Source of the DNA: Octopus vulgaris
Lineage: Eukaryota
Length of the DNA: 64,000 nt
Direction: 5' to 3'
Assembly (NCBI GenBank): GCA_951406725.2
Contig: OX597815.1
Span: forward strand, 4,278,001-4,342,000
The notes beneath the pieces are model-generated. The model ran no database searches, was not told where the DNA came from, and saw only the letters and a list, made by a program, of their open reading frames with translations. Positions 1-13,070 of the stretch are shown here, piece by piece. A program made the translations under genes and the position numbers. Position 1 is the first letter of the stretch; every line of letters begins with the position of its first letter.

Positions 1-214
1 AGTGCTATCGGGAAGCATTGCCTGTTCGGGATAAACTCTACAGGCACGGTTCCAGATGCACCGGATTTTTTTTTTTTTTACACGATCCCTTTTGATTGGA
101 ATTTTCTCTTCCCTTCTTTTTCTGCTTCCTTCCTTTTTCTTTCGAAAATAAAAGCTCTACATTGTATTTTGTCCCTTCTGTGTTCGGTCCTGTGTTGTTA
201 ATAAAGAAAATTAT

Positions 215-302
215 CTATCTACCTAGCTATCTATCTGTCTATCTTTCTGTCTATCTTTCTGTCTATCTATCTTTCTGTCTATCTATCTGTCTATCTACCT
301 AC

Positions 303-333
<31 letters not shown>

Positions 334-510
334 CCTATCTACCTATCTATCTACCTATCTATCTACCTATCTATCTATCTATCTTTCTGTCTATCTATCT
401 ATCTATCTTTCTGTCTATCTATCTATCTATCTTTCTGTCTATCTATCTTTCTGTCTATCTATCTGTCTATCTATCTTTCTGTCTATCTATCTTTCTGTCT
501 ATCTGTCAGT
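215..510. repeat. (TCTA/TCTG)n tetranucleotide microsatellite
   Basis: Directly visible ATCT/GTCT runs; accounts for ORF 96..662. Confidence 0.9.
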
Positions 511-838
511 CTACATGTCACTGTCTTTCTATCTGTCCATGCATTCATTTCCAATTCTCCACGGATACATCACTAACCACAGAGGAAACATTCCTTGCTT
601 GGAAACAGATGTCGGTTGGCCACAGGAAAGGCATCCACCTACAGAACCGTCTGCACCAATAGACTCCGATCCATGCAACCAGTGAAGAGTGGATATTAAA
701 ACGACAAAGTATGTGTGTGTGTGTATATAAGTGTATGTGTAATTGTGTGTATGTTGTGTTTGTATGTGTGTGTGTGTTTCTCTCAACAGCTGTAATATTA
801 ATACATGCCATTTATGCATCGGCACAACAGAGCTATTG

Positions 839-877
<39 letters not shown>

Positions 878-1008
878 TGTATCCAGCCACATATCAGACA
901 AGTTTGAATTAATATCGATTCCTCTCATTCTTCTCGAAATCTTCATTTATACAAATTCAATAAAAATTGGCCTACGCTAACACACACACGCACACACACT
1001 TTTATGTG

Positions 1009-1076
<68 letters not shown>

Positions 1077-1159
1077 ACACACACATCCACACGTTTATGT
1101 GTATCTATATCACACACATATACACACGCGCACACTTATGTGTATCTATATCACACACT

Positions 1160-1190
<31 letters not shown>

Positions 1191-1541
1191 TTTTATGTGT
1201 ATCTATATCACACACACACATATACACACATGCTTGCACACACTTTTATGTGTATATATATCACACTCACACACACTTTTATGTGCATATATATATAAGT
1301 CCATGTATTAAAGATATATTGTGAATGCAATAAAAAAAAATACTTTCTTGGGTGGTTGCCACTCTTTGGAGTGGTTGGTGTTAGGAAGGGCACCCAGCTG
1401 TAAAAACCCTGCCAAAACAGATACTAAAGCCTGGTGCAGTCTTCTGCACAGCCAGCTCCTGTCAAACCGTCGAACCCATGCCAGCATAGAAAGCACATTA
1501 AGTGATGATGATGTTAATTGCATATATATTTTATCATCTGT

Positions 1542-1940
1542 AAGGCGGTGAGCTGGCAGAATCATTAGCACACTGGGCGAAATGCTAGCGGTATTTCGTC
1601 TGCCGCTGCGTTCTGAGTTCAAATTCCGCCGAGGTTGACTTTGCCTTTCATCCTTTCGGGGTCGATTAAATAAGTACCAGTTACGCACTGGGGTCAATAT
1701 AATCGACTTAATCCCTTTGTCTGTCCTTGTTTGTCCCCTCTGTGTTTAGCCCCTTATGGGTATAAAGAAATAGGTATTTCATCTGTCTTTACATTCTGAG
1801 TTCAAATTCTGCCGAGGTCAACTTTGCCTTTCATCCTTTTGGGGTCGATAAATTAAGTACCAGTTGCATACTGGGGTCGATCTAATCGACTGACCTCCTC
1901 CTCAAACATTTTGGGTCTTGTGCCTAGAGTAGAAAAGAAT
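1542..1940 (+). mobile_element. SINE family B, tandem pair (full copy plus headless second copy with a different tail)
   Basis: AAGGCGGTGAGCTGGCAGAA head, B-box-like GAGTTCAAATT, central GACTTTGCCTTTCATCCTTTCGGGGTCGAT..AAGTACCAG block; same blocks at 24601, 33427, 34620, 37960(-), 49183(-). Confidence 0.85.
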
Positions 1941-2128
1941 ATATATCGTTATTTAAAACAGATTATTTTTCGAATGGCATTGTAGGGTAGGTGTGAGAGG
2001 TCAAGTAGAATATATCGGCTGGATATGGTCAGTTTAAATCCGGAAGACACAGTTCTATATTTAAGAGATGAGGAATTGCTTATGTTATTTACATTTGACG
2101 GATATTTGTCCCCATCTTGTTTGTTGTT

Positions 2129-2174
2129 AACATAACGTTTCAGCTGATATACCCTCCAGCCTTCATCAGGTGTC
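2129..2174 (-). ncRNA. Minimal type I hammerhead ribozyme motif (family 1, left arm)
   Basis: Minus strand reads GACAC CUGAUGA A GGCUG gagggtatat CAGCU GAAAC GUU AUGUU: core intact, one helix I mismatch. Confidence 0.7.
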
Positions 2175-2215
2175 TTGGGGAATGAGAACCCAGGTTAGGT
2201 TTGAAATTTCCCCAA

Positions 2216-2261
2216 GACACCTGATGAAGGCTGGAGGGTATATCAGCCGAGATGTTGTGTT
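2216..2261 (+). ncRNA. Minimal type I hammerhead motif (family 1, right arm; GAAA mutated to GAGA)
   Basis: GACAC CTGATGA A GGCTG..CAGCC GAGAT GTT GTGTT; helix I GACAC/GUGUU and helix II GGCUG/CAGCC intact. Confidence 0.65.
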
Positions 2262-2538
2262 AACAACAAACAAGATGGGGACAAATATCCATCAAATGTA
2301 AATAATGTAAATAATGTAAATCTGGAAGAGTTAAAGAGAGTAAGGAACTTTTTGAGGAAAGATTTGGCTTTCACCTTGTGTAAGGTTAGGATTTTTACCC
2401 AAAATGTGTTTCACCCCTTTTTTTCTTTTTTGCTTTCTATTTTAAATTGTTTGGGTGAGGTTATTAAAGACATTCTGCTGCTATTTCTAAATACCCAGTA
2501 ACAATATAAAGGCTCTATTATTATCTCCTCCTCCTCCC

Positions 2539-2571
<33 letters not shown>

Positions 2572-3379
2572 TTAATGTCCTTTTCCCAAACTCCATGGGT
2601 TGGATGGTTTGGTAGGAACTGGCAAAGCTGGAGGGCTGCACCAGGTTCCGTTTGTCTGTTGTGGCAAGGTGTCTACAGTTGGATGCTCTTCCTAATGCCA
2701 ACCATTTTACAGAATGTACTGGATGCTTTACATGTGGTGCCATCTCCAGTGAATACATTAATTCAAACAGCTCTTTGATCTTAATCCAAATCCCAAACCT
2801 GACCAATGTCCATTTTGTCTTTTATTTTTCTGGGATTGTTGCAGTAAGCATTTCCTTTCAGAAGAAGCTATTTTTAGCTTTGGCTAATTCTTGCAGACAC
2901 ACAACAATGGCACCGTTTACAGATCAACTTGGAATCGATTCCTCATTCTATCTCTTTATATCCAAACAGCTAATCTGCTAAATGTCTTCGTCCAAAGATA
3001 CGTATTAACAAGACAAATATAAGAATCGGTTGTTTTATATATTTATTCATTTGCTTATTGTTCAGAACTGGTTGATTTCCGGTCTCGTTCCAACTTCCTG
3101 TAAACCATTTGTCGAAGATCTTCCTGTTTCCATTCAGCAATGTTTATAAGCTGTTCATTTGTCAAACCACAAGATTATTCTTGTTGGATAAAAGACAGTA
3201 AAACTGTTTAATATATTTAAACACATCTCTATTCATTGATCTGTTTGCGTTCAGAACATGTTTGACGATTTTTAAGTAAATTGTAGCTTTCTTCGTTACT
3301 ACTTATCTCTTATTTTACGGCTGACTATTACAGCTTCCATCGTTACAGCATTGGAAATAGACTAAGAACTATAGAGTTA

Positions 3380-3777
3380 CTAGCAGTTATAGCCCGGCGT
3401 TGCTCGGGTTTGTTTCGACCCTTTAGAATTGGAATTTTTGAAAAGTAAAAATTTTGCATTACATAACTTATTCTCTTTAAGTGAACATTTTTCTGGTTGA
3501 AATACACTGAAAAATGGTGACACAGCAGTGAAAAAATCGTAAAAAATAGGGATTTTCATAGAAAAAAAAAGCACCTTTTTGATGTAAATAATTTTTGGTA
3601 TTAACATAGTCCGATTTGAATTTTATCTTCTACGGAATGAAGAGCAAGCCTTCTTCTATCATACTCTCAACTTTGGTCAACTTGTGCCACAGGGTCTCGG
3701 AGGAGATAGTGTTTGTTGAAGGCCACCAAACCTGCCATACACAGACAGACAACTTCAGCTTTATAGAGAGAGAGAGA
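3380..3777 (-). mobile_element. Non-autonomous Helitron (398 bp)
   Basis: On minus strand A|TC...CCCGAGCAACGCCGGG hairpin...CTAG|T; closely similar copy at 57440-57837(+). Confidence 0.85.
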
Positions 3778-4613
3778 TTATGCTAGTTGTCTTCTAATTA
3801 ATGATTCCAGTCATCATCTTTATCGTTTAACGTCTGCCTTCCATACTGGCATGGGTGGAATGGCTTCACAAGAGCCAGCCAGGCAGAAGCCTGCACCAGA
3901 CTTCTGCGACTGTTTTGGTAGGATTTTTACAGCTGGATGCCCTTCCTAACACCAACCACTCAGTGGAGTGGACTTAGTGCTTTTTACATAGCACAGGTGA
4001 GGTCAGTTTTGGCAAGGTTTTTACAGCTGGATGCCTTTCCAAATACCAACCACTTTACAGTGCGGACTGGGTGCTTTTAAGTGGCACCTACACTGACAGG
4101 GTCACCAAGTACCTTGCAGGACAAAAAAATAACATATATATAATATGTATGTATACATAATATGTGTGTATGCATGTAGGTAGGGTTAAAATCCAAGCTG
4201 TATCCTCTTGAAGCACATTTACTCATTTCAGCATTTCAGATCTATATGTAGATGTTATATTTGTGTGGGGTATGCACAAGAGCTGAAAAATACTGGAAAT
4301 TTAGTTATCCATGAAGTGAGTCATCTTAGATGGATGTTCCGTTGAGGTAAGATCAACAACAAAGTACTTCATCCATTGAAAAATGAATGTCATTTAATGG
4401 TACTCCGAATAAAGATACGAGATACTAATAGTTTCATGCATTGGGGACACGAGTCTAGGCAAGGTTTTATAAAACACTTTGTGTGTCCAAGCAAACCTGC
4501 CTAGACACATGTCTCTACAGCAAGAAACTACCTTTATACTGAGAACATTAAATGATATCCATCCATCTGTCTGTCTGTCTGTCTATCTATTGAGAGAGAG
4601 ATAGAGATACATA

Positions 4614-4968
4614 TTCTTTTACTTGTTTCAGTCATTTGACTGTGGCCATGCTGGGGCACCGCCTTTTAGTTGAGTACTTATTCTATTGGTCTCTATTGCC
4701 GAACCGCTAAGTTACGGGGACGTAAACACACCATCATCAGCTGTCAAGCGATGTTGGGCAACAAATACAGACACACAAATATACACACACACACACATAT
4801 ATATATATGCTATGTGCTTTTTTCAGTTTCCGCCTACCAAATTCACTCAAGACTTTGGTAGGCCTGAGGCTATAGTAGAAGATACTTGCCCAAGGTGCCA
4901 CACAGTGGGACTGAACCCGGAACCATGTGGTTCATAAACAAGCTACTTACCACACTGCCACTCCTGCA
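4614..4968 (-). mobile_element. SINE family A
   Basis: Reverse complement of the tRNA-like head GGAGTGGCTGTGTGGTAAG..GGTTCAGTCCC and the ..GACTGAAACAAGTAAAAGA tail. Confidence 0.85.
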
Positions 4969-5387
4969 TACATATATATATAAATAAAATAACAGAAATG
5001 AAATGAGGGCAGTCAAAGATAGTGAAGATGCCGACGACCGCTCAGTTCAAAGTCTCCCTTGACCACAAATGGCCTGAACTCTTTGCATGAACACCACTCT
5101 GTACATAACTCCATGTCCCCCTACATGGCTTTGCTTTTTGAGCCAAAAAATTAACTTAATTTAACTTAACTATGCACAGTTGGACACCGTGGAACATAAC
5201 GTAGACAAGTAAATATTTTGCTCCCCATCAAAAGCTGGTGGACAAAATATAAACAAAAAAGTTACCATTAAGAAATTTGCTCTCAGTGAATTGAATGTTG
5301 TAAGAATGGAAAAGCAGATCGACCTTTTGGGTGAAGGCCTTATCAGGGCTGAGTAAGAAATGAGAAACATTCATGGGTGCACGTGTT

Positions 5388-5820
5388 TATCATCATCATC
5401 GTTGTTTATGTCTGTTTTCCATGCTGGCATGGGTTGGATGGTTTGACTGAGGTCTGGAAAGCCAGAAGGCTGCACCAGGCTCCAATCTCATCTGGCAGAC
5501 TTTCTACAGCTGGATGCCTTTCCTAATGCCAACCACTCCGAGAGTGTAGTGGGTGCTATTATGTGCTACTGGCATGAGGGCCAGCCAGGCGGCACTGGCA
5601 GCGACCATGCTCAAAAGGTGTTTTTTTATGTGCCACCTGCACGGGAGCCAGTCCGGTGGCACTGGCAATGACCAAGCTCAAATGTTGTTTCTCACATGCC
5701 ACCAACACATGTGCCAGTAAGGCAACGATCACGCTCGAATGGTGCATTTTATGTGCCACCAGAACGGGAGCCAGTCAGCGGCCCTGGCAACGATCACGCT
5801 CAGATGGTGCTTTTACGTAT
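5388..5820 (-). mobile_element. Family C retroelement with (GAT)n tail and ~4 internal 66-bp units
   Basis: Shared GAGTGGTTGGCRTTAGGAAGGGCATCCAGCTGTAGAAA block and AACCCATGCCAGCATGGAAAA tail. Confidence 0.85.
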
Positions 5821-7154
5821 GTATATGCATGTATGGATGTATATGCATGTGTCTGTGTAGTTGTATGTGTGTGTATATATATGTATATTTATGTGTGTTT
5901 ATGTATATATATTAACGTACACATGCATACACTCATGTAAATTTGTGTATATGTATGTACATGTTTACGAATGTGTGTGTGTATGATTGTATATTTATGT
6001 GTGTTTGTGTGTATATATATATTTACATACACATGCACTGATGTAAATTTGTGTGTGTCTGTGTGTGTGTGGGTTTGAAACATTCAAAGAAACTGAAAAT
6101 ATTAAAGAATATAAACAATTTTTACAGTTGAAGCTAATCATTTTTTTTTTAGAGCAAATCTCATGTTGTCACGATTGAAGAAAAGGGCACAAGGCCGGGG
6201 GTGGGTGGGTGGAGGGGGAGAGAGAGAGAGAAATAGTGAGAGGGCTTAAGGGTGAGGAAGGAGAGGGGGTGGTGCAGTCACCGTTTTTTTTTAAATTGGA
6301 ACTAAATAAATAAATAAATAAATGGAACGAATGCAGCGGAATGGCTGCCAGTGGCTTTTGTGTGATTCCATTTAAAGTGATTTGACATTGAGGAGGAAAC
6401 ACAATGGAAAGATATAGCGTCCCCATTTTCAGTTCTCAGACTTTCTCACCTCCTCACTCTCACTCGGGGTTCTAACTGATATTGCTCTAGCTCTTCTTCT
6501 CTCTCTCCCTCTCTATCACTCTATTTCTCTTTCCCTCTCCCTCCTCCTCTCTCTCCCTCTTTCATTCCCTCTCTTTCTCTCTCTCTTTCTCTCCTCTCTT
6601 TCTCTCCCTCTCTCCCTCTCTCTCTCTATTTCTCTATGTCTATTTTTCTTTCCCACTCTCTCCCTATACCCCCTCTCTCTTTCTCCCCATCTCCCTCTCT
6701 CTCTCCCACTCTATTTCTCTCTCCCTCTCTCTCTCACTCTATTTCTCTCTCCCTCTCTATCTCTCACTCCCTCTCTCTTTCTCTCTCTCCCCCTCCCCCT
6801 CTCTTGTTAAGACTGTTTTACTCTTTTTGTTGTTTGTTGGTGGTTGTATTGATGTCGGTGATGAGGATGGTTTCACCCCAGGTTCACCATATATAGGTGT
6901 GTACCAAAAAGTGCTGGTGTTGGTGTCACATAAAGAACACCCTTGTGGCACCAGCACCATGCTGGTGCCATGTAAGAAAGTGTGTGTGTGTCACATGTAT
7001 ATAATAAAATAAATAATAATTGGCCGTTTCCGTCTATGCAGATGGTCAATTTAGCTTAGGGGCCACTTAATTGAACATATCAGTGGGCTCCCTTTCTTGC
7101 GTTACATAAATATTTTATATGCATATATCTATGTATATACATACATACATACTA

Positions 7155-7558
7155 CATACAGGGCGGAGGAACTCTTGAGGGTCAACGGCCATCCAATAAA
7201 TGCGTTAAGGCTATCATGTGCGGGGACATAGAAATAATCGGACTAAATACCCGATCGCGCGGTTAAACCATTGGGAGTGAAGGACTCCTAGCCTTTGTTA
7301 GGGCATCCTTCTAGGAGAAGGCAACTCAAGTAACTGGGATAACTCCGACATAAAACCTACGGCTCAGTGGTTACCGATGATGTTGACTTGTTCTTCTTTT
7401 CAGATTATGGCTGCTGTTGCTTAGTGAGTGGGATTGACTCAGTGCACAGCCTTTCCTCACTTTAACAAAAATCTCATTGCACAGACATTGCACGATAACA
7501 ACATTGATTTAGCTTCGTGCAATGGCCATACTCGATAACGAGGGGGCATCCACCATAT
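7155..7558 (+). mobile_element. Probable RTE-related non-autonomous repeat
   Basis: TTAGGGCATCCTTCTAGGAGAAGG..AACTC resembles RTE 5'-UTR motifs; lies between (TA/TACA)n tracts; single copy here. Confidence 0.35.
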
Positions 7559-7909
7559 ATGTATGTATGTGTATATGTATGTATATATGTATGTATATAT
7601 ATATATATATATGTATGTATATATTTATACATACATATGTATGTATATATACATATATATCTATGTGTATATACATACATATATACGTATATATCTATGT
7701 GTATATATATACATATATATGTATATATCTGTGTATATATATACATATATATGTATATATCTATGTGTATATATATACATATATATGTATATATGTGTGT
7801 GTGTGTGTGTGTGTCCTTCTTTCCTTCTTTCCTGAGCGTCCAATAATACTATATTTGTTCCACGTCCTCGCACTGTTGTGTTTTTTTGTGCTTTCTTGTT
7901 TGGATTAAC

Positions 7910-7942
<33 letters not shown>

Positions 7943-8204
7943 GTGTGTGTGTGTATAAGATTGTCGTTTTAGCGTCTACGTCGTCTTCATGCTTCCATGG
8001 ATAAAGCAGAAATCACTGAGGCAGATATTCTGCATCCTGTCATCTTTGCATGGAAGAACAAAGGATGCTGCTCGTCTGTTGTGTGATGCTAATTTACAAT
8101 CCATTGCATGGCATCCACACTACAACACTCTCCTCCTTTTCTCTCCCTCTCTCTCCATCTCTCTCTCTCCTCCACACATGGCTTTCGGCAACCTTTGTTT
8201 CCAT

Positions 8205-8340
8205 GTCAAAGCATTGGAATAAACTCCCTGCCTCAGTTGTTGGCTGTCATGACACTTCATCCTTCAAAAATTCCATCCCTGCTGAAATTCCCCAACATTA
8301 CTCCCAGACATGCTTATGCACCGATTCCTTTTCACGGTTC
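8205..8340 (+). pseudogene. CR1-type LINE ORF2 3' fragment
   Basis: Translates WNKLPASVVGCHDTSSFKNSIPAEIPQHY; homologous to 13071-13421 and 58255-58490. Confidence 0.7.
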
Positions 8341-8689
8341 TTTAATGTTCGCTTTACTGTTTTTTTGTTTTGTTGTATTTTTGTTTTTTCCTATTCCCTC
8401 TCCTCTGCAGATCAATTCTGCCGTTTCTCTTCTGTCTTTACGCTCTGAGTTCAAACTCCACAAAAGCCAACTTTATCTTTCATCTATTCAGGGTCGATAA
8501 ATTAAATACCAGTTATGCACTGGGGCTGATGAAATCGACTACTCCCCCCATTTCCCCCAAAATTTCAACCTTTGTGCCTATAGTAGAAAGAATTATTATT
8601 ATTATTATTATGTTTTTTCCTTCTTTCTTCAAATTTTCTTCCGTTTCTCGCCGAGTGTTTTCCATATTATTATTATTATTATTATTATT

Positions 8690-8765
<76 letters not shown>

Positions 8766-8966
8766 AGGTGGTGAGCTGGCAGAATCGTTAGCATGCTGGA
8801 CAAATTACTTAACAGCATTTTGTCCATCTTTATGTTCTGGCCCTCCCCACCACCTATTTCAGCCTTTGTGCCTGTAGTAGAAAGGATTATTATTATTATT
8901 ATTATTATTTATCATCTTGATAAAGAATATTAAATTTGCACCCTACAAAACTAAAGGGTGACCCAA

Positions 8967-9435
8967 CCGTTTCGTTACCAACCTGGCTGAAACCGGCTCT
9001 GGCTCTCAGTACAAATGCCTTGTTTTCATAATTTCTGAAGTAAAAATCTTCCACCAAACCTTAGTCACAATTTATGTTCCTAACACTAGCTTAATGATAA
9101 CGAAGTTATTTTACTAAATTCTTTGTTATATTTAAAGTAATTGAAAGAAACACAGAGCATCTCAACAGAAATATGGTAACAAAAGGGTTAAAATATATAA
9201 TAGAGAATCAATTCTTAACCCTTTTGATACCAACCTGGCTGAAACCAGCTCTTCTGACTCTGTCGTACAAATGTCTTGTTTTCATAAGTTTTGAATTAAA
9301 ATCTTCCACCAAACCTTAGTCACAATTTATGTTCCTAACACTAGCTTAACGATAATAACTAAGTTATTTTACTAAATTCTTTCTATTATTTAAAATTAAT
9401 TGAAAGAAACACAGAGCATCTCAGTAGCAAAAGGG
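8967..9435. mobile_element. piggyBac-type TTAA MITE, tandem dimer
   Basis: Two ~220-bp units with CCCTTT(C/T)G(T/A)TACC / GGTAAC(G/A)AAAGGG ends joined by TTAA-AATATATAATAGAGAATCAATTC-TTAA. Confidence 0.85.
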
Positions 9436-9480
9436 CTAATGTAAAATTAGTTTTTATCATAACTAAACACAAAACAAACA

Positions 9481-9523
<43 letters not shown>

Positions 9524-9524
9524 A

Positions 9525-9830
9525 TACAGGGCATCACCAACAGTAAATGACATGAAATATGAAAGCAAATGAATTCAGTATGCAAAGAATGGGAGAAACA
9601 AATTGGAAACAGGACAAGTAACATAATGAATGACCCTTCATCAGTTGTCCACTGAGTCTATCTACTCTACATTTCGAGCATTGAACGACAATATTAATCT
9701 TCGGAGACAGATGCTTCAATAAATGCCAAAATAAAATTTGGGATTTATTGAGGGTCAAAGTCGGGAACAAAAACAGGACAGTGGAGACATACAGGGAAAC
9801 CGAAGGAAAACAAACACGGAGGAGGGTCGT
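9525..9830 (-). mobile_element. CUGAUGA-bearing repeat (HHR family 3)
   Basis: Homologous to 45361-45545(+): shared GACCCTC, TTGTCG, TGCTCGAAA and GACAACTGATGAAGGGTC blocks; flanked by (TA)n/(TG)n. Confidence 0.65.
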
Positions 9831-10078
9831 TATATGTAAGTGTGTGTGTGTGTGACATATATGTATGTCTATGTATGTATATATGTGTGTGTGTATAAAA
9901 ATAAATGTGTGTGTGTGTGTGACTGTAGTAATGTATTAATTTTTCCAACAAGACCCAAATATCAGATTATTACTCAATGCTATTACTATTCCCATTTGAT
10001 GGGAATTTTTGCCATTTTTGCTGTCAATTTCCTCATCTCTTTTATCTTTCCTCTTTCTTTCTCTCTTTCCCTTTCTCC

Positions 10079-10132
<54 letters not shown>

Positions 10133-10372
10133 ACCTATTACCCTAAATTAATCCAACATCACTGACCCATTAAAACAGCACAATTTAAAGAGCCTCCTGT
10201 TTTATATATTTATTTATTTTTTTGTTTTATATATATGTGTATGTATATATTTCTTTTTTTTTTGTGTTTCCTTCTCTGCTATTTTGCTCTGCTCTCCCCA
10301 AACAACTTCAGTCACATCAAACCCCCCTGCGGAGGTTTGGGGTGGGGGTGAAGATGATGATGATGGTGGTGA

Positions 10373-10407
<35 letters not shown>

Positions 10408-10899
10408 ATGATGGTGGTGGTGGTGGTGATGGTGGTGGTGGTGGTGTACCAGTGACAGCTAGAGACATTAAGGAAAATACATTGTTTCAAGATGAAACAG
10501 CAGGATTCATCATCATCATCATCATCATCATCCTTACCATAATCATGACCATCACCATCATCCTTATCAGTTTTCACATCGTCATCGTCATCACGATGTT
10601 CCTCATCCATTGTCATCATCCTTGTAATTGTTCACCATAATAGCCGTCATATTAATCACTATAACGATTATAATCCTCGTCATTTGGCGTCGGCGTCATC
10701 GTCATCATCACCATCATCAAACAACAACAACAACAACAGCAGCAGTAGCAGTTGTGGAAGTAATCCCTCCGGATTGCAACATCACATGTCATTCACAGTT
10801 GCCCGCCGCTGCCGCCGCCACCCCCACCACCACTACAACGTTGTGTCATTCCACTCAACCCACCCATACACCACCACCCCCCTCTCGTCATCTCCCAAC

Positions 10900-11700
10900 T
10901 CTCTTCCAACTCAACTCATCTCCAATTCTGCCTTCACCCCCGCATCCCCCCGTTTCTTCCCCCTGCCCCCCACTTCAACCTTCACTTTTTTCTCTTCCTT
11001 CCCTCTCCCTCCCTCCCTCCCTTGTATTTTCCTTCTTTTCTTCTATCTTCCTTCAGTTCCTTTATCTCCCCCCCCCCCACCATTTATTTATTTATGTTTT
11101 ACCTTCGTTGCTCCCCCCTCCCTCCTCTTCTTACTCCTCCTATTCCTCCTCTTATCACTCTCTGACCCCCGCCTCTCACGTTTGTCCGCTCCTTTTTTTT
11201 CTTCCTTTCCTTCTTTCTATTTCATCGTTCTCCTCTCTCTCTCTCTCTCTTTCTTTCTTTCTCTCTTTCCACACTTTTGCCTCCTTACTCTCTTTCTCTC
11301 ATTCTCCTCTTTCCTTTCTCTCCCATTTTCTTTCCTTTACACTTGCCTTCATTTCCCCCCCTTTTTGTTTCATTCTCTCATGCTTGCTTTCATTGTTCCT
11401 TTCTTTCTCACATCCCCCACCACCACCACCTGTCTCTCTCTCTCTCTCTCTCTTCCCTCATTCTCTATATTATCCGTCCCCCATCTCTCTCAGGAACAAT
11501 AGTCTCTTTCCTTCTCACACCCACACAAACGATAGCCCCCTCCCCTCCTCACTCCCTTCCTCCACTTCCCTACCTATTAAGTGCCCCTAATTAACCAATA
11601 CTCCGCCCATCTCCCCTACTTCCCATTATCATTAAAACTCTGACCTCATCCTTAAACCCTCTTCATTCTCTCTCAAACTCCTTAACTTTAGTCCCACTCT
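10900..11700. repeat. Polypyrimidine (C/T) low-complexity tract
   Basis: Plus strand is almost all C/T; accounts for ORFs 10628..11590 and 10684..11502. Confidence 0.85.
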
Positions 11701-11839
11701 CTTCCAGCTATTTTTTTGTTTTTCTTTCTGAATTGAACCTTGGGCAAGTGTTTTCTACTTTAGCCCCAGGCTGACCAAAGCCTTGTGTGTGGATTTGGCT
11801 GATGGAAACTGAAAGAAGCCTGCTGTGTATATATATCTA

Positions 11840-11870
<31 letters not shown>

Positions 11871-11871
11871 A

Positions 11872-12097
11872 TTATTTAGAGATAGTAGTCCCCTTCATCC
11901 CACCATATAAAAGAATTTTCATTTAATACTTACTACTCATTTCTAAATCTCAGCTACACGTGTTTCTTGGGGTTCTTTTACGTTTCCTGAAGCACACAGT
12001 GTTTTACAGGAACCTTTCTTAAAATGTAACCTCAATCATCAGGCCTCTAAATAACCTTATCATAGTTTGATACCAAATATCGAAGGGGACTACTATC
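11872..12097 (-). mobile_element. Short element with 16-bp perfect inverted ends and an internal hammerhead
   Basis: GATAGTAGTCCCCTTC (11881-11896) and GAAGGGGACTACTATC (12082-12097) enclose the HHR at 11952-12045. Confidence 0.75.
11952..12045 (-). ncRNA. Type I hammerhead ribozyme motif with extended helix II
   Basis: Minus strand: GGC CUGAUGA UUGAGGUU..AACCCCAA GAAA CACGUG UA GCU; all core bases present, palindromic helix III, GUA site. Confidence 0.75.
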
Positions 12098-12382
12098 ATC
12101 ATCATCATCATCATCATCGTTTAACGTCCGTTTTCCACGCTAGTATGGGTTGGACGGTTCAACCGGGGTCTGGGAAGCCTGGAGGCTGCACCAGGCTCCA
12201 GTCTGATCTGGCAGTGTTTCTACAGGTGGATGACCTTCCTAACGCCAACCACTCTGTGAGTGTAGTGGGTGCTTTTTACGTGCCACCTGCACAGAAGTCA
12301 GTCAAGGCGGCGCTGGCATTGGCCACATTCGGATGGTGCTTTTTATGTGCCACCGGCACAGGTATCACAACTATTTCCATTC
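12098..12382 (-). mobile_element. Family C retroelement
   Basis: (CAT)n then CGTTTAACGTCCGTTTTCCACGCTAG and the family body. Confidence 0.85.
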
Positions 12383-12499
12383 TCTAAATAAAATATATAT
12401 TTCCTCATCGAGAATAATTTGAACCCCTGTGATGCCGGAATTTTTATTCCCTTATAAATAAAATAATATATATATATATATATATATATTTGTGTATCT

Positions 12500-12917
12500 T
12501 CCTTTCAAGCATTGGGCCTCACAGAGACTAGTCACTGAGTTCCTTTCAGGTGTTGGGCCTGACGGAGGCAATGACCGAGACCTTTGTCATTATGTCCTGC
12601 TTAAGAAGAAGACCCATCATGCTGAGCAAAACCACAGTTATAGCAGACGCTGGTGTTATGCAAATTGGCACTCGTAACAGTGGCACATAAACGCACCCAG
12701 GTGTCACACAAATGGCGCTCATACCAGTGGCATGTAAAGGCACCCATTACACTCTTGGAGTGGTTGGCATTAGGAAGGACATTCAGCCGTAGAAAGCCAT
12801 GCCACATCAGACTGGATCCTGGTGCAGCCTTCCAGCATGCCAGCCCAGTTGAAACCATCCAGCCCATGCCAGTATGGTCTACAGATGTCAAATGGTATGA
12901 TGATGATGATGATGATG
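12500..12917 (+). mobile_element. Family C retroelement with longer 5' region
   Basis: 5' TCCTTT..TTGGGCCT..GACCTTTGTCATTATG block also at 58950; ends in (GAT)n. Confidence 0.8.
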
Positions 12918-13070
12918 TCTGTGTGTCTTTGTGTCTGTGTTTGTCCTCCACCACTGCTTGACAGTTGGTGTTGGTGTTTAAATTGCTTTAACTTAGCAGT
13001 TCAGCAAAAGTGACTAATGCATTAATGACAAAGCTTCAAAACAAAAAAAAAATAAAAAAAGGACTGGTAT

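Larger units (their letters stand above)
2051..2317. mobile_element. Palindromic hammerhead element (HHR family 1), copy lacking the tRNA-like centre
   Basis: Arms ~2085-2181 and ~2209-2307 are reverse complements; same left extension AGTTCTATATTTAAGAGATGAGGAATT as at 26752 and 58581. Confidence 0.85.

Noticed and set aside
7015-7095. Hammerhead remnant on minus strand (CTGATAT..GAAACGGCCA); similar half motif GAAACAGTCGTA at 60054
   Set aside because: Core incomplete; cannot be supported.
10628-11590. 320-aa and 272-aa ORFs
   Set aside because: Open only because (CAT)n, (CAA)n and C/T tracts lack stops; no domain or coding signal.
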